Positions 12,075-26,140 of a DNA stretch of 64,000 bases are shown piece by piece. The first letter of the stretch is position 1. Each line of letters begins with the position of its first letter. The stretch is from Eledone cirrhosa. Its lineage: Eukaryota. Below the pieces are notes generated by a model, which did no database searches, was not told where the DNA came from, and saw nothing but the letters and a program-made list of their open reading frames with translations. Location of the stretch: assembly GCA_964016885.1 (NCBI GenBank), contig OZ024742.1:88970001-89034000 (forward strand). Direction: 5' to 3'. Both the position numbers and the translations under genes were made by a program.

Positions 12075-13620
12075 TATATAAAGGCCTTCCTAAAGTCAAT
12101 AAAAACCATGACCGGAGATAGGCACTTTGCTCTAGTTCCCTCTAATATCCTCATCAGCATCAGGATGTGACTGGTGGTTGATCTTCCCTCTCTGAAGCCG
12201 TTCTGATTGTCCCTGAGCTTCTTCTCCATCTCGGTTTGGATCCTGTTAAGAATCATCCTGTTGGGGGTCTTTGCCATAGGTGACGTCAGTGAGATCCCTC
12301 TGTAGTTTTTGGTGTTAGAGAGATCTCCCTTCTTTGGCACTGGGCGATGTTACTGATCCTCCACTGATTCGGGGCAACTCCTTTCTCCGGTGCCTGGTTA
12401 CAGATCTCCAGGATGATATTATCAAAATCCCACATATTCATCACCTCTGATGCCACTCCATCTTCTACATGAGCCTTGCCCTCCTTGATCATCTCCTTGG
12501 CTCTCTGAAGCTCCTCTCTGGTGAAGGGTCCTGTCTCAATATCCAGTTCCTGAAACAGCCGCCTGATCTCCCCAGTTTTCTGGGCTGTGGAGGGCGGCTT
12601 TCCTAGTAGGGTCCTAAAATGGTCCAGCCATTTTCCCTTCCTATCCTCGGGCCCTGTTCCCTGGATCTGACTCGAACATTTTGTCTGATGGGATGACAGA
12701 GTTCTTTGAGATACTGGCTGAAGTGCTCCAGGGAGATACATAGGCTCCCTACCTTTTTATCATCGTAGTGGACTATTGTATGCGCCTTGCGCTGGAGAAA
12801 CACCAGGACTCTTGCTTTACTTTAACACCGGGTCAGAGCAGAAGAGTTAAGGCAAAAAAGATATCGGATGCTGAATTTGCCGACGACATAGTTCTGGTGA
12901 CAAACACAGTGAAGGTGGCAGAGGATTTGATGCAGGAGGTGGAACTGTGACGATGGGTGTAGGACTGAGAATAAATGAGATTAAGTCAAAATATCTGGTA
13001 GAGAATATCAAGAAGCCAGAGAAGATTACTAATGTAGGCGGGAAGACGCTAAAATTGGTTGAGGACTTCCTGTATTTGGGAGCAAAGATTGGGAATACGG
13101 AAGATGATGTGGTCGAGAGAAATAGCAAAGCCTGGGCGGCGTGCCACAGCTTGAGATCGGTTTGGAAGTCGGAGCTTCGTAAAGACCTGAATATGCGCCT
13201 CTTCGTTGCTGTAGTAGAGTTTGTGCTGCTGTACGGGTCTGAGGCTTGGACACTGACCAAGAAACTCACTCATATGGTGGATGGGTGCTACACGAGAATG
13301 CTGAGGATGGCTCCGAACATTAATCAGTATACACTGAGGATGAAGAACTCAAAACTTTACGGGAGCCTCCCAAAAGTCAGCTCATAAGAGACACAGAGGA
13401 GACTGAGGTTAGCTGCACATGCGCACAGATATCCAGAGTTGACACTGCACTCAGTACTCCTGTGGGAGCCCCTGCATGGACACACTGGAAGAGGAAGACG
13501 GACGTTAACATATGTTGATGCCCTAAAGTCAGACACTGGTCTGTTGGAAACGCAGGACATGGCAGCGATACTGAGGGACAGAGACCGCTTGAGAGAACTC
13601 GTCCATGGATCTCGGGAATT
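12075..13620 (+). mobile_element. RTE-clade LINE with 5' inversion (12075-~12670 minus; ~12675-13620 plus)
   Basis: Minus: PKKGDLSNTKNYRGISL, QNGFREGRST, FIDFRKAF. Plus: DGMTEFFEILAEVLQGDT, FADDIVL, FLYLGA, LLYGSEAWTLTK, GRGRRTLTYVD. Confidence 0.88.
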
Positions 13621-14473
13621 TTTACAACTTCAAAAAATTAAGAATCCCCATTCAAAAGTGTTTGAATGAGCACTTGATTGATATTTGCTCCAACTCAAAT
13701 TCTATAGGCAATAAACAATATATTTCAACTCCTGAGGTGTTAACGAGATCCATCAGATTTGGTCCCTCATTTTGAGGATTTATTAGATCAGTCTTTCTTC
13801 AACGAATTGGGAGCTTACCATGCAAGACCTTAATCAACTCTCCAATACGACTAAGCCCATTCATATAAAAACAGGATTTTAGAAATTGATATTATCCATA
13901 TAACTTCTATAAGATATAGAGTTTCAATATTTTCTAGAGATAGTTCTCAAATAAACAGAATATTTGGCTAATGTGAGTAATGTATTTAACACAAGGGTAA
14001 TGGACAATGTTCTATAAAGGATGCTGTGCACACTTGATGAAACTTGAACTCAATTTCTTGGAAATTATTTCCATACAATTTGAATAATATTGATTGAAAA
14101 CAAAGATATGGAAGAATAAATAATCCGAATTTAATTGTCTCCTGTATTTGACTGGTATTGATTTACGTAACATTATAAAACAAGTCGACCGCGTTAAGGT
14201 TTTAATTTGGAACATAAAGATATGCAGGTAATATGCGCTCTACATTTTGTATTTGCGTTAACATATTCATAGCTGTCATATCAAATTGGATTTAGTAATA
14301 TCAGCAATTCACTCTGGTCATAAGCAATATTAGAAGCATCACCTTATCTATAAATAAATGTGTCAGTAGTAAATCATCCCGGGAAAGCTTATCTCTGATA
14401 CTTAATGATTAATGACACCCATTGTATTAATTGGTTAATGAAGTGGGTGAGACAGTGGATCATGTTATCTCCG

Positions 14474-15035
14474 CTCACGTTAAACATCTCCGCGATGATA
14501 GTGCAGATTCCGGTGTTTTTTTTCTTTTGTTATTGAGCTTCTTCAGGTCGGCTCCGACAGGATTGAGTCTGTAAGTGTTGTTGGCTGCAGCTGCGTCTGC
14601 GGTGATAGTTAGGCAGGGATCGATTGGGACGGTTGGGTGGTGAAGAAGAAAACCGATGTTCTCCTGCAAGCTTTTGAGGCGGGTGGTTTCTATGGTGATG
14701 GCGTTGCCCAGGATTGTCTTGAACAGGTGAACTTCATGGGTTCTGCGGATTGTGCTGTTCCTTTCCACTGCTTCCAGGCGCTCATCTTCTTCCGGTCATT
14801 CATTGTGAATTTGTTGCTTATCCAGTTGAGCTGGCTATTCATGTCGCCGCGCAAGTGAGCCTTGCAGCGGCAGTTAATTATCTCTAGCATCTGCAGTGAA
14901 ATCCAGACTAGTTGATGCTTGATATTCCAGGTATCGATCTCGTCCTCGGCCAGGGGCCTGAAACGATTGACGATGGAGCACGCAAGTATATAGGCGATAT
15001 AGTGATCATGGAAACAGTATGAGTTACGCGTCCGC
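14474..15035 (-). other. Unassigned GC-richer ORF-like remnant, probably a retroelement N-terminal region
   Basis: Composition shift and short minus-strand ORFs; no diagnostic motif. Confidence 0.3.
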
Positions 15036-15039
15036 ATGC

Positions 15040-16505
15040 AACCTCGGCATCAGTGTCGGGGCCACCAACGGATGGCCGGTATTGCTAAGTTGAACTACTC
15101 TGTAGACCCGGCAGTTAGTGAGAAACGGCCTCCAGTAGCGGGAGTTAATGATGTGATCGATTTCCTTTCGGCTTTAACCGTTCGGACTGTACCAAGTGCA
15201 TTGATGTGTGAGTTTGCAGGGTAACCGGGATTTGGCGATACACAGATTGTTGCAGTGGCACGGGAACAGCAGAGCAGCTTCCAAAGGACTGGAGCCAAGG
15301 CATATTTCTCCTTTTCTGGAAACGGAAGGGCGACAAAGTCGTCTGCAGCAACCACAGGCACATCACCTTCCGCTACATCCCAAGCCGTGTTCCTCAAGCC
15401 AATAGAATCAGACGTCGCCCACAACAAACCAGATTCATGTCAAATCGATCTACCGCCGGCCATATTTCTGCGTTTCGTCTCATTATTGAAAAATCTCGGG
15501 AGTTCCGCAGAGATCGATGCCTCTGTGTCGTTTCGAGGCCTGACGTCGGCTTTCGACACGCTCAGACACGCATCAGTCTGGAAAATGTTCAGCCCTATCG
15601 GCGTGCCTCTCTTGATCACTACCCTATACCAACAGCTTTATTACAGTGTTGAAAGTTTCGTGTGGGTGACCGGAAAGGACCACGACTGGATCCCCATCAA
15701 CAGCAGGGTCAGACAGGGCTCTGTAGCCCCCCCCCCCCCGTCCCTGACCTCCTCAACTGTGTCATAGAGTATCTGATGACCAAGGTCTATGAGGGTGTGC
15801 CTGGTTTTACCTTCGGGAACTACCACCTTATTGACCCGGTGTATGCGGACGACACAACCCTATTCAGCAACTCGATCGATGAGCTCATGGTCATACTAAG
15901 CGTATACCGAGGGGAATCAGCAAGCAAAACTTGGCCTTCAGCTTAATTAGACGAAGACCATGCTGATGCACGTCGGTGATAGCCCTGATCCTTCCCCGCT
16001 TCATATTGTCCCCGACGTCATGGGCTTTATCAGCTCATTTCTTTATTTGGACTCGACAGTCACCAGCATTGACGAGCTCACCCCGGAAATAAACGGCAGA
16101 TATGGACCGTCTCTCGGGGCCATGCACTTCCTATAATAGTCCCTTTGGCGCCACTGCTCTATCTCCCGGCAGACGAAGCTCAGTATCTACAACGCGTCGG
16201 TCCTTTCCGTTTTCCTCTATAGAACAGAAAGGTGGACCCTTATAAAAACCCTGGCAAAGAGGATCGACGCCTTCGATAGCAGAGCCCTGATTACCATCGG
16301 CAAAATCAGATGGTATCACCAGGTTTGCAACAAAGTGTTGCATGCGCGCACACAACAGCCCGCAGCCTCCCACCCCATAGTCGTCAGCATGTGCTGGTAC
16401 GGACATGTCCTCCATCTGTCGCTAGATCATCCTAACATAGCCTTACTCTCACTAGACACAGTAGCTACACGCTGGAAGAGACCCCGTGGCAAGCCCCGCA
16501 CATTT
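15040..16505 (+). mobile_element. RTE-clade LINE RT fragment, heavily degraded
   Basis: PKDWSQG..WKRKGDK..CSNHR, NRSTAGHI..RLIIEKSREF, SAFD, VRQGSV, YADDTTL, WKRPRGKPR. Confidence 0.8.
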
Positions 16506-16609
16506 TTCTCGGAAACGTTTTTGAAAATTAAGATGGGGATTGATTAAATGAAAAAATTAGTGAAAGTTACGTAAATATCTTCACAAGAGTGATTGGCGAT
16601 TGTGGAAAA

Positions 16610-17425
16610 CTGCACGCACACTCACAGACACGCACGCAAATGCACACACGCACGCAAACGTGCTCACGCACGCAAGTTTATGCACGCATGCGTGCACGTA
16701 CACACACGCACACACACACACACATGTTGATAGATTTTGCTTTCTGTGGGACGTTGTACGCACACAAACACGCGCGCACGCGTGCATGTACACGTACACA
16801 TGTTAATAGTTATTATTTTCCTTCCCTCTTATTTCCACACACACATCACACACATATATTTACACTGACACATGTATATACAGTATCAAACAGAGTCTCT
16901 CTCTCTCTCTCTTCCGCTATCCTTCTCTTTTGCTGGCGACTTTCTGTCAACTTCTCCTTTAGAACGTACATACAGTGTCAAACACACAACGTCTATCTTT
17001 CTCCCTCTTTCAACTTCTTCTACGGAAACTTGTTCTCTCTGTGCGTTTCTTTCTCTCCTCTCTTTTTCTTTTTCTCATTCTAGCTTTCTCTCGCTCACAC
17101 CCTCTGTAACACTTCCCCTCTTTTCGTCTGTCTGTTTTTTCCCTCTCTCTCTCTCACACACACTTCCTAACTCACTCACCCACTCACACTATGTACATTT
17201 CTCCCCTCTATCGAAAGATGTTTTGACGAATAAGGCGATGGAGGAGGAGATGTAAACAACCACTTCCTCACTTGGCCTCTCCGTTTCTTTCTCTCCCTTT
17301 TCACTCCCTTATATACAAATACACAAATATCGGCTAATAAATATATATAGATCTGTGTGTGTAAACCAGCGTCCGTTGCTATTCTCTCTCTCTCTTTCTC
17401 TCTCTCTCTCCCTCTCTATCTATCT
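16610..17425. repeat. Compound (CA)n/(CT)n low-complexity tract
   Basis: Direct observation. Confidence 0.85.
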
Positions 17426-20400
17426 ATCCCTGCTGTTAGTGGGGGACTGGAATGGAATCCTAGATGCACGTTGGGACTATGTGGGAGCATGTCCCGATAG
17501 AGAGGGTGTAACAGCCTGAAACAGGTAATCGGCCGATTTGACCTGGCCGATAGATATCGACTAGATTTTCCGACTGTGCCACTGTGGACGTGGACTTATC
17601 GCGCCTAGATAGGGTTCTAGTTAGAAAGAAGGATAGGGAAATGTTAAGCTGTCCACAAATGTTCATGGTTGCCTATTCAGATCACAAATTAGTGACCTGC
17701 TTAGTCAACCTGCTACTGGAAGCTGAACTTGTCGTTACCGACATGAAAAGCCTACAGTAGACGGATTAGCACTTTAGTTAAGCAGCACTTGATGGTGGTT
17801 ATTGTCAACAACAGATGGTGGTACTCTCTCAAGAGGGCAGTTAGATTAGACTCGATAGGTTTTAGTAAAGAATTACTGTTAGATAGAAATAAGACCGAAA
17901 AGGAACTGGTAGATAAAGTAGAAGAGGCACTTAGGAGTGGCAACGTAGCCAGCATGCTAGCGACGAGAACGGCCTTTGACTAGTTCTTCGACGCAATGCA
18001 TGAAAGCTGCGTTGTCAGAAGCAAAATACGTTCTCTGGGAAACGAAGGAGCCAAATCTGTTAGCTGGGCCCGAGTGACGGAGGCGAAAAGTGACAACAAG
18101 TCCACGATTCGGTCTTTGAAGGACCAAGACAGACGCGTGATACGTGAGCCGAAGCAAATATGCGCGGCCTTTCAGCGGCAGTTTGCTCAACTGTTTGGGC
18201 AGGGCGGCGCGCTGGGAGGGGCTATGGATTTCGGTTCATACCTCGACGGCCTACCACGACTCCCGGACAGCGAGGCGAAGTTCTGCGAAAGGCCGCTTTC
18301 GGCCGCTGAGATAGAGAACGCGCTGAGCCAATGCGGCAAACGCAAATCTCCAGGTCTCGACGGTCTACCTTACGAACCTACGTAGCAATGCCGGACTTGT
18401 TCTCTGGTCTCCTGGAAGCGGTCTACTGCGACTGGGAGCAGAACGGGAGAATTCCCAGTTCTGTGACCAAGGGCGTAATCACGTTAGTCAGGAAGGACGA
18501 GAATAAGGGGGATGACATAGGCAACTTCCGGCCCATAACTTTGCTCAACACAGAGTTACAGATTTTTGCCAAGGTGTTGGCAAAGAGGCTGGCGCTTGTC
18601 GTCAAAACCTGGTGAGAGAAGCGCAGACATGCGCAATCCCGACCAGGTCCATACACGACAACCTCCACCTCATGCGATACATCATAGAGAGGGTAGGGTG
18701 TAAACCCGGCTTCGGTGGGGCCCTGATCAACTTGGATCAGTCTAAGACTTTCGAGAGGGTTGACCATCGTTACCTGAATGCGGTGCTCGAGGAGGCAGGC
18801 TTCGGTCCCGTGTTCAGGGGCTGGATTGCTGCAATGCACAACAGCAATATCTGCTCAAGGGTCAAGGTGAACGGCTACCTCTCGGAGCCGTTCTATACAC
18901 GCGATCCATCCGACAGGGATGCCCTCTCTCCTCCCTTCTGTACGTACTGACTCTCGAGCCACTACTGCGGAAGTTGGAGCTATTGCAGGTCATCCCTTTG
19001 GAACCGGGACTGCGAAAAGCGGCGTCGGCCTACGCCGACGACATGACAGTAATGGTGTCGAGCACCTCGAAAATCGGGTAGATCGGCAGGAATACGAAAG
19101 GTTCACAGGAGAAATACGAAAGGTTCACAGGAACGAAGCTGAACCGGGACAAATCCGTCGGTTTGCAACTCGGAACGTGGAGAGGCAAACCGATGCCTTC
19201 CGATGACGTCGTCGGACGCTGGACGGAAGGACCGGTAAAGCTGCTCGGGGTCTGGTTTGGTCCTACCTTCAAGGTGGAGAAGAACTGGAACGAGGTGACG
19301 GCCAAGGTGTTTGCGCTCACCCAGAAGTGGACCGAGTGCAAACTCTCCTTGAAAGGTCGAGCGGAGGTGGCGAACATTTTTATAGCGTCCGTCATCTACT
19401 ACCTCTTGACCGTTGTGCCTTGTCCAGCCAAAGTACTCACTAAAATGGAGCGCGCGCTCTTCCAATTCCTTTGGAAGAAACGGGCTTCTTTAGTTAGAAG
19501 ATCCATCTGCTGCCAACACCCTTCAAACGGAGGGCTGGGGATGCCGTGGATGACGATGCGCAAACACGCGCTGAGGCTGCGGTACCTCCACGTATTCCTC
19601 ACCAGACAACCGGTATGGGCCCCGTTCGTGAGTTGAGCCTTCCCACGACTCGTCTCGCTGACCGAGCTGCAGACATGGGTCAAGCAAAGACCGAGGAAAA
19701 TGGGCGACTGGCATATCGAATGTGCTCAGGCGCTCACAGTCCTCTGGCAAACGAACCCGGCAATCAGTGGAGACTTCACTTCGACATTCTATAGAGGGTT
19801 GGTCCGCAGCAATCCGACGACACGCTCGGAGAAACTCTAGGCGTAGAGGAGGACGAATTGGCCAGTATGTTCGGTAGGATCTTCCGCCCGTGACCAATGG
19901 ACAACTTCTAAAAGTCCCTAGCCTGGCAGTGCTACCGAGGACCTCTACCAGTTCGAGACAAGCTCTACAGACACGGGCGCCCGGGTAGGGACCCCTCGAA
20001 AAAGATCTGTCCGAGATGCGTGCGCGACGAGGAAACCGCCGCACACGCATTGGTACACTGCCCAGGCGTTACCGACATGTGGGGCTATGTAGAACGACTA
20101 TTGTCGCGGGTGGGACCAATCCAGTTGACCACCGAGTCCATTGTCATGATCAAACCGCCACCCTCCTTCAAAAACGAGGGCGAGGCGGTTTTCCTATGTG
20201 TTATGGCTATGGTGAAAGAGGTTATATGGTGGACGAGGTTAAAAGGGCTGAGGACAGACACCTTTCTCTCCGGCGAGCAACTGATTCGTTTTTTCAAATA
20301 TCATTTTGGAAGAAGAATCAGGATGGAGAGAGAGGTGCTGTACCCCAGCAAATTTTATAAAAGGTGGGTGAATGTGGCAAAGATGGCCTGAGTGGTTGGG

Positions 20401-20660
20401 CCTTCTCTCTATATAAGCCTGTAGGTTGAGGAATAAGAGGAAGAGAGGAAGGGAGTACTCACTCTTGGTGCTCCTGGAGTTGAGGGTTGTACATTTTTTC
20501 GGGGTGTGTACAACCCCTGTGTAACACCTCACCCCTATTGGGGACTTCAATTGTTATTTGTTATTGTATTAATAGTTTTATTTTCATATACCTGTATATA
20601 AACTCCCCATTTGTATTTGTCCCCTTCTGTTGTGCCCTTGTGGTATATAAAGAAATTTAT
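17424..20660 (+). mobile_element. Tx1-clade LINE ORF2 pseudogene (end of AP endonuclease, RT, Zn finger, 3' UTR) in a (TCTA)n/(TC)n tract
   Basis: LLVGDWN, YSDHKLV, KSPGLDGLPYE, NFRPITLLN, DQSK, YADD, LLGVWFG, GGLGMP, ETAAHALVHCP; 3' end GCCCTTGTGGTATATAAAGAAAT. Confidence 0.92.
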
Positions 20661-23099
20661 CTATTTATCTATCAATCTCTCTATCTATTTATCTATCTGA
20701 ATATCTAACACTTTAATTGTATCTCTCTGTATAACGGCCTATCTCTCTCTGTCTCTTCCTCTGAGTCGATCTTTCTTCAGATGTGTATGTGTGTGCGTGT
20801 GCGTGTGTGCATGTGTTTGTTTGTGTATATTTTGGTGGGTGTGTGTGCGTGTGTGTGTATGTGTGTGCGCGCGTGTGTGTGTACGTGTGTGATTTTCGTG
20901 GGATTAAACCAACCAACCAGCCAACCAAGAAACATCTCTGTTTTGTATTATATATAGATGAAGTTCGAGCCTTGAATTACTAAGGCAATCTCCTGTGCAC
21001 ATTGTTGTGTATATATTGAAAGAACTTTTATATGAGCAGCCAATTACATGTACATATAGAATGTACTGAAAATATCTTGTTTCCCTAAAGCTGATAAAGA
21101 GAATAGTTAACAATATTTCTTAGATTTCGCTTTACAATATCCATTTGAATAAGAACTTAAAAAAATTTACCATCGGTAAAATATTAATGCTTCTGTCGTA
21201 TTCAAATATCTGAGATTATATATCACGATCTGTGGTGGCCTCTTCCTTTAAAATTGCCCAAATATCTATCATAGTTTCTTTAGAATTTGTGCATAGCCCT
21301 GTTTGAGTTTTATTTATGTAGCTATTTTTTTTATATTTGACAAATCACGTTTGTTATTCTATTCTTATACTACTCTAATGCTGACCAAAAAACATAGATA
21401 ATAAAAAATGTGAACTAAGAAAAGATAAAGTAATACTTCAATACCCAAGGAATTTCATCTTATTTGTCGCTTACACCATCCACGTCTCTTAAACTCTCCG
21501 TATTTATATTCTTGCAAATTACGTTTATATCAATTTGTGAAAATATCAAAATGTAATGTCAAAATTATATTTTATTAACTAAGAATATCCTATGTAGAAT
21601 GCAACCGATGAATGCAATTAAATTCGATTGTTGGATGAACACATGTTACCAATGAGCTAGGGATTGTGTGACTTGAAACCTATAACCATTGATGTTATAG
21701 TTAACAATAACTGTCGTAAATAAAAGAAAAACATGTTCTGGTTAAAATACCAATGCAATATGTTTCCGATATGCACGGCCAAGTTACAAAAAATAATTTG
21801 AATCAATGTGAAAATATATATTAGTCTATGAATTAGTAGATTCGCCATAGACCTGTGTTATTAGTGCTGACTGTCTGCATTCCTACTTGAAATTCCACCG
21901 ACAGAAATATGTTCTATTATCCTTACGGATTGTTGGAATTATTGGAGATTCGAAGAAGGTGCCTTTCTGAATAAGTTCCAGCACCTTGCATTTTGAATTC
22001 AAATTTTGCTACTTGGTTAGTAAACTTAATTCTTTATCACCTAGCCTGTGGGTGACTTTACTGAACTCCACTGTTTCATGGGTTCAGATCAATTCTCATT
22101 CTTGTGGACACCATGCGCCCTTCTTCCCTCGCACAAATTTCAAGGGACTTGAAATTGCACAGTCGTTGCTCTTCCCTCCGCGGCTAAACAATAATCAAAA
22201 ATACTTTTCAGACTTTTTGTAACATTAAATTTACATAACTTTCGGAGATAAATTACTGGAGTTGTTTTTTGGTTCCGTATTAGCTATGAATGAACAGGCT
22301 TATTTTCAAATACATTCCAGTTATCTCCTTCCATCAGTTTGTATACAAAATCTTGTTTAATGTTTACTTTTTTAAAGAAAAAGTTTCGATTTTTATTTCA
22401 ACGATTATGTAGTAAATTCTTCTTAATATATCAGTGACTGATATTACTTTTTCTCCACCAGTATATCTTTATGTCACCAATGAGCAAAAATAGGTTTAAA
22501 ATGATTATGAAAATGATTATTTAAAATGATTATGAAAATATTCATATATTTCAACTGCTGCATTACTAAAAGTTAGTAGGAATGTTTATCTAAAAAATAT
22601 TTTTGTATTTACAAAAATATTTGGTCAATTTGTAAACAAGAGTCAAATCTTAAACACTGTTAAATTTTGAGAAGCACTTCTGCGTTACATATCTTATTGA
22701 TTAAGACTTTCCGTGCTAAGTGTTCTGATACAGGTTTTACATATACTAGGAAATATACGAGATTTTCAATCCGCATCTTTTTTAGAACCTCGACTTACAT
22801 GTTGCGATTATTGATAACTTATTCACTGATGATAACACTAGATATCATGTTGTTCTATTTCCCAGATTGGTACTTTTATATAATTTATATCGATTGTTAT
22901 ATTTGAATAATGTCCATACTTGTACAATGATATATAGAAACACAGTTCCCAATTTTGTGAATTTGCGTCCATACTTTAATTGTTAGTCGTGAAGAATTAT
23001 ATTTTTACTGACCATTCGCTATGCAAGGCTACAAACGAAACTGGAAAAACAATGTTGTAATTGAACTTTCAATATTAAGAATGTGATTATACTAACTGT

Positions 23100-23975
23100 T
23101 GTGATCTCGGTTCCTGCCGGTTCATTTTGCACGTGAAATCTATCCAACGATTCTTTCCCATGACACTCCAACCATATGCCCGTATAAATAGGAGCCGTGA
23201 TCTCTCAATTCGGAGACGTAGCAGCTCTTCTTGGAGCAACTCCCTGATCTCTGAGCTACGCACTCAATCGGATTTTTTCGGTCATTACTCAGGATGCATG
23301 TCCATAAGTAAGGGTCGGGACATATACCGACTTGATGCTAGCGCATTTAGCTTTTAAACCTACCTACCGAATGCTGCAGCTGGCGCATTACTGCACCAGC
23401 TCCTGCCTGTTCTGAACATAATTCAGCTTCTTGAATTCCATCGCTCGGGAACAAAGCTCCCAAATACTTGATTTTTTTCCACCTGCTACAGTGGAGCTCC
23501 GTTTACATGTAGAGTGCACAGCGCATGCTTCCTTCAGAGTACAAGTTTCTCAGTCTTCGCGGCATCAATTTTCATTTCAATCATGCAGCACTTGCCATCA
23601 AACATATCAACTGCATGTCGGAGATCACCTTCTGATGAGTTAAGTAACACCATTCCGTCTGCAAGTTCCAGCCGATGGATCCTATACCTGCCAGTCGTGC
23701 TACCAACCCGGCTGTGCATGTCAATGCCGTTCATGAAAATAATGAAAAAGAGCAGTGTCAGTACACATCCTTGATGAAGTTCGACGCCCACTTGGAGTGG
23801 TTTCGATTTAGCAACATTTATCTGAACACAAATACTCAGGCGTTCGTATAGAGACATCAGTGAAGCCAGAAGCTGACCATTGATCCCATACACCTGCAAA
23901 ACGTTCAAAAGCAAGTCCTGAGGAACACTCTCATATATCTTTTCTAGGTCTACAAAGTAAGAATGCAACTCCTAG
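23100..23975 (-). mobile_element. RTE-clade LINE RT fragment, degraded
   Basis: FVDLEK.Y..VP, YGING.LL, V.L.QGCVL..L.F.IFM, degenerate LADG. Confidence 0.75.
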
Positions 23976-25291
23976 CAGTACTATCGAATAAGGCTTGTAA
24001 ATAGGTATCATGCTATTACAAAGGCGTTTCAGTTCCCACCAAGACGCTAGTAGTTTCAGACTTTCTCTCAACCCACCCTACTTCCAGCGGGACATCTAAT
24101 GTTAGATATAAAGAAGGAAAAATTGTGCACCCTCACTCTTTCTCTATCGACTTCACAAAATGATAGGCAAAGTGGGTCTCAATAGGATTGAAATTCAAAG
24201 AACAAAGAGATGGAACACAAATATTCAATGCTATAAAGTCTCTGCCAAATCGACCAATAAGTATATATACACCTGTGTGTGTGTTGTGTCTGTGTGTGTG
24301 GGTGTATGTGTGTATGTATGTGCGTATGTGTGTGTACAAAGATTGAGAGGAAGAGATTTTGTGTTATAATATCGAAAAATAAGAATAATTACAGCTTAAA
24401 AACCGAAAATTAAACGCTTAAAAATATGTAGCATAAAAAATAATAGAAACATATTCATAAATTATATTTATTTATAATTTTAATACCAAATATATTTTAT
24501 AGATATTTATTATGAGAAAAAATGAATGAATACAATATAAGGATATCGAAGTTGTAAATGCCATATACGAAAATCTATATTGAAGAAGAAATTAGATTTT
24601 AGATAACCTTTCCTAAATGCCTTTCATATTATTAGAATACGAATGACGCATGACACAGTTTTCGGGGATGAGGTTTAGTGAATTAATTCGATTCCCGTAC
24701 TTGACTTGTTTTCACTTTCTTATTCCTGTATGGATGAAAAACATCATACTTGGCAACATTTGACGCTCTCTATTTCCACCGTTTATGATAACACAATAAC
24801 ATATGTCATATCAACCTTCCTGTGGATTCTAATCTATATTACATAAGCTGTTGAGACAAAACTTGGAAAATTCTGTTCAATATGATCAGCATTAAATTCA
24901 GGTCATGAATGTTGCTAGAAACATCATCTTATCTATACTTATAAGTGTTGACAGTAAGTCATCCACAAGAGCTAATCTCTAAGTAGGTGGTGCTATAAGT
25001 CTGTAATTGAAACATTAATAACATCCATTGTATCAATTCGTCTCTATTGGTGTATAGTACATGTATTAGTTTAATTTTCCGTCTCCAGCCTCGATGGCGT
25101 GAGCAGACAATGGCTATTCCACACTATTTTGTATCTTTTGAAATAAACTTTATACGATCAACAAAAAATAGTTGAGCGTAGGAAATACTACCATTATCGT
25201 TAGATTTCCCTAAAGCTGAAAAATAAGATAAATCAACATTAGCTTTTAGCTTTCATGATATGATGTTACATTAAATAAGTACTTAACAGAT

Positions 25292-25324
25292 TATTCTAGC
25301 GTTGAACTATGAAGGCTAAAAATG

Positions 25325-25387
<63 letters not shown>

Positions 25388-25670
25388 ACACACACGCACA
25401 CGCACACACACGCACACACACACAGACATATATATATATATGTATGTATATATTGGTAAAAGGAAAAGAAAATGCTGACAAATTGTTCCCAGTGAAAAAT
25501 AGTTTCATTAGGAATAAGTAAAAATTAGTAATAAGCATTGGTTAGTATTCAGTTTTGGTTTAAAGTGTTTACCGGTTGCGCATTTCTATATTCTAGCGTT
25601 GAACTATGAAGGCTAAAAATGTATTCTCTCTCTCATCTCTCTGTCACACACACGCACACGCACACACACG

Positions 25671-25703
<33 letters not shown>

Positions 25704-25847
25704 GTATGTATTGGTAAAAGGAAAAGAAAATGCTGACAAATTGTTCCCAGTGAAAAATAGTTTCATTAGGAATAAGTAAAAATTAGTAATAAGCATTGGT
25801 TAGTATTCAGTTTTGGTTTAAAGTTTTTACCGGTTGCGCATTTCTAA
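25292..25847. repeat. Local tandem duplication (~297 + ~259 bp) of flank, microsatellites and pLTR-like end
   Basis: TATTCTAGCGTTGAACTATGAAGGCTAAAAATGTATTCTCTC...ACCGGTTGCGCATTTCTA occurs at 25292-25588 and 25589-25847. Confidence 0.9.
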
Positions 25848-26015
25848 TGCTTTTCAAAAATAATTTTGAGATAGAGCGCCCGTGATATTTGCTCTAATCT
25901 GATCAGTTTTGGAAATTCTACCTGCTTTACGTGAAAAAAGTGGCTCCAGAGGTATTAAAGTAAGTTTATATATATACATATATTAAAATGAAGTTCTGAT
26001 AATGAATCCTTATTA

Positions 26016-26067
<52 letters not shown>

Positions 26068-26140
26068 TATTAAGGATTCATTATTAGAACTTCATATATA
26101 TATCGGTTATTAAGGATTAATTATCAGAACTTCATTTTAA
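25710..26140 (-). mobile_element. Putative Penelope pLTR fragment ending in a fold-back around (TA)n
   Basis: Colinear with 61830-62145; TGAAGTTCTGATAATGAATCCTTATTAACCGAT is mirrored twice at 26060-26140. Confidence 0.7.

Noticed and set aside
16581-17255. HT-, YI- and CV-rich ORFs here and at 20713, 35694, 44696-45148 and 59893
   Set aside because: Translations of (CA)n, (TA)n and (CT)n microsatellites
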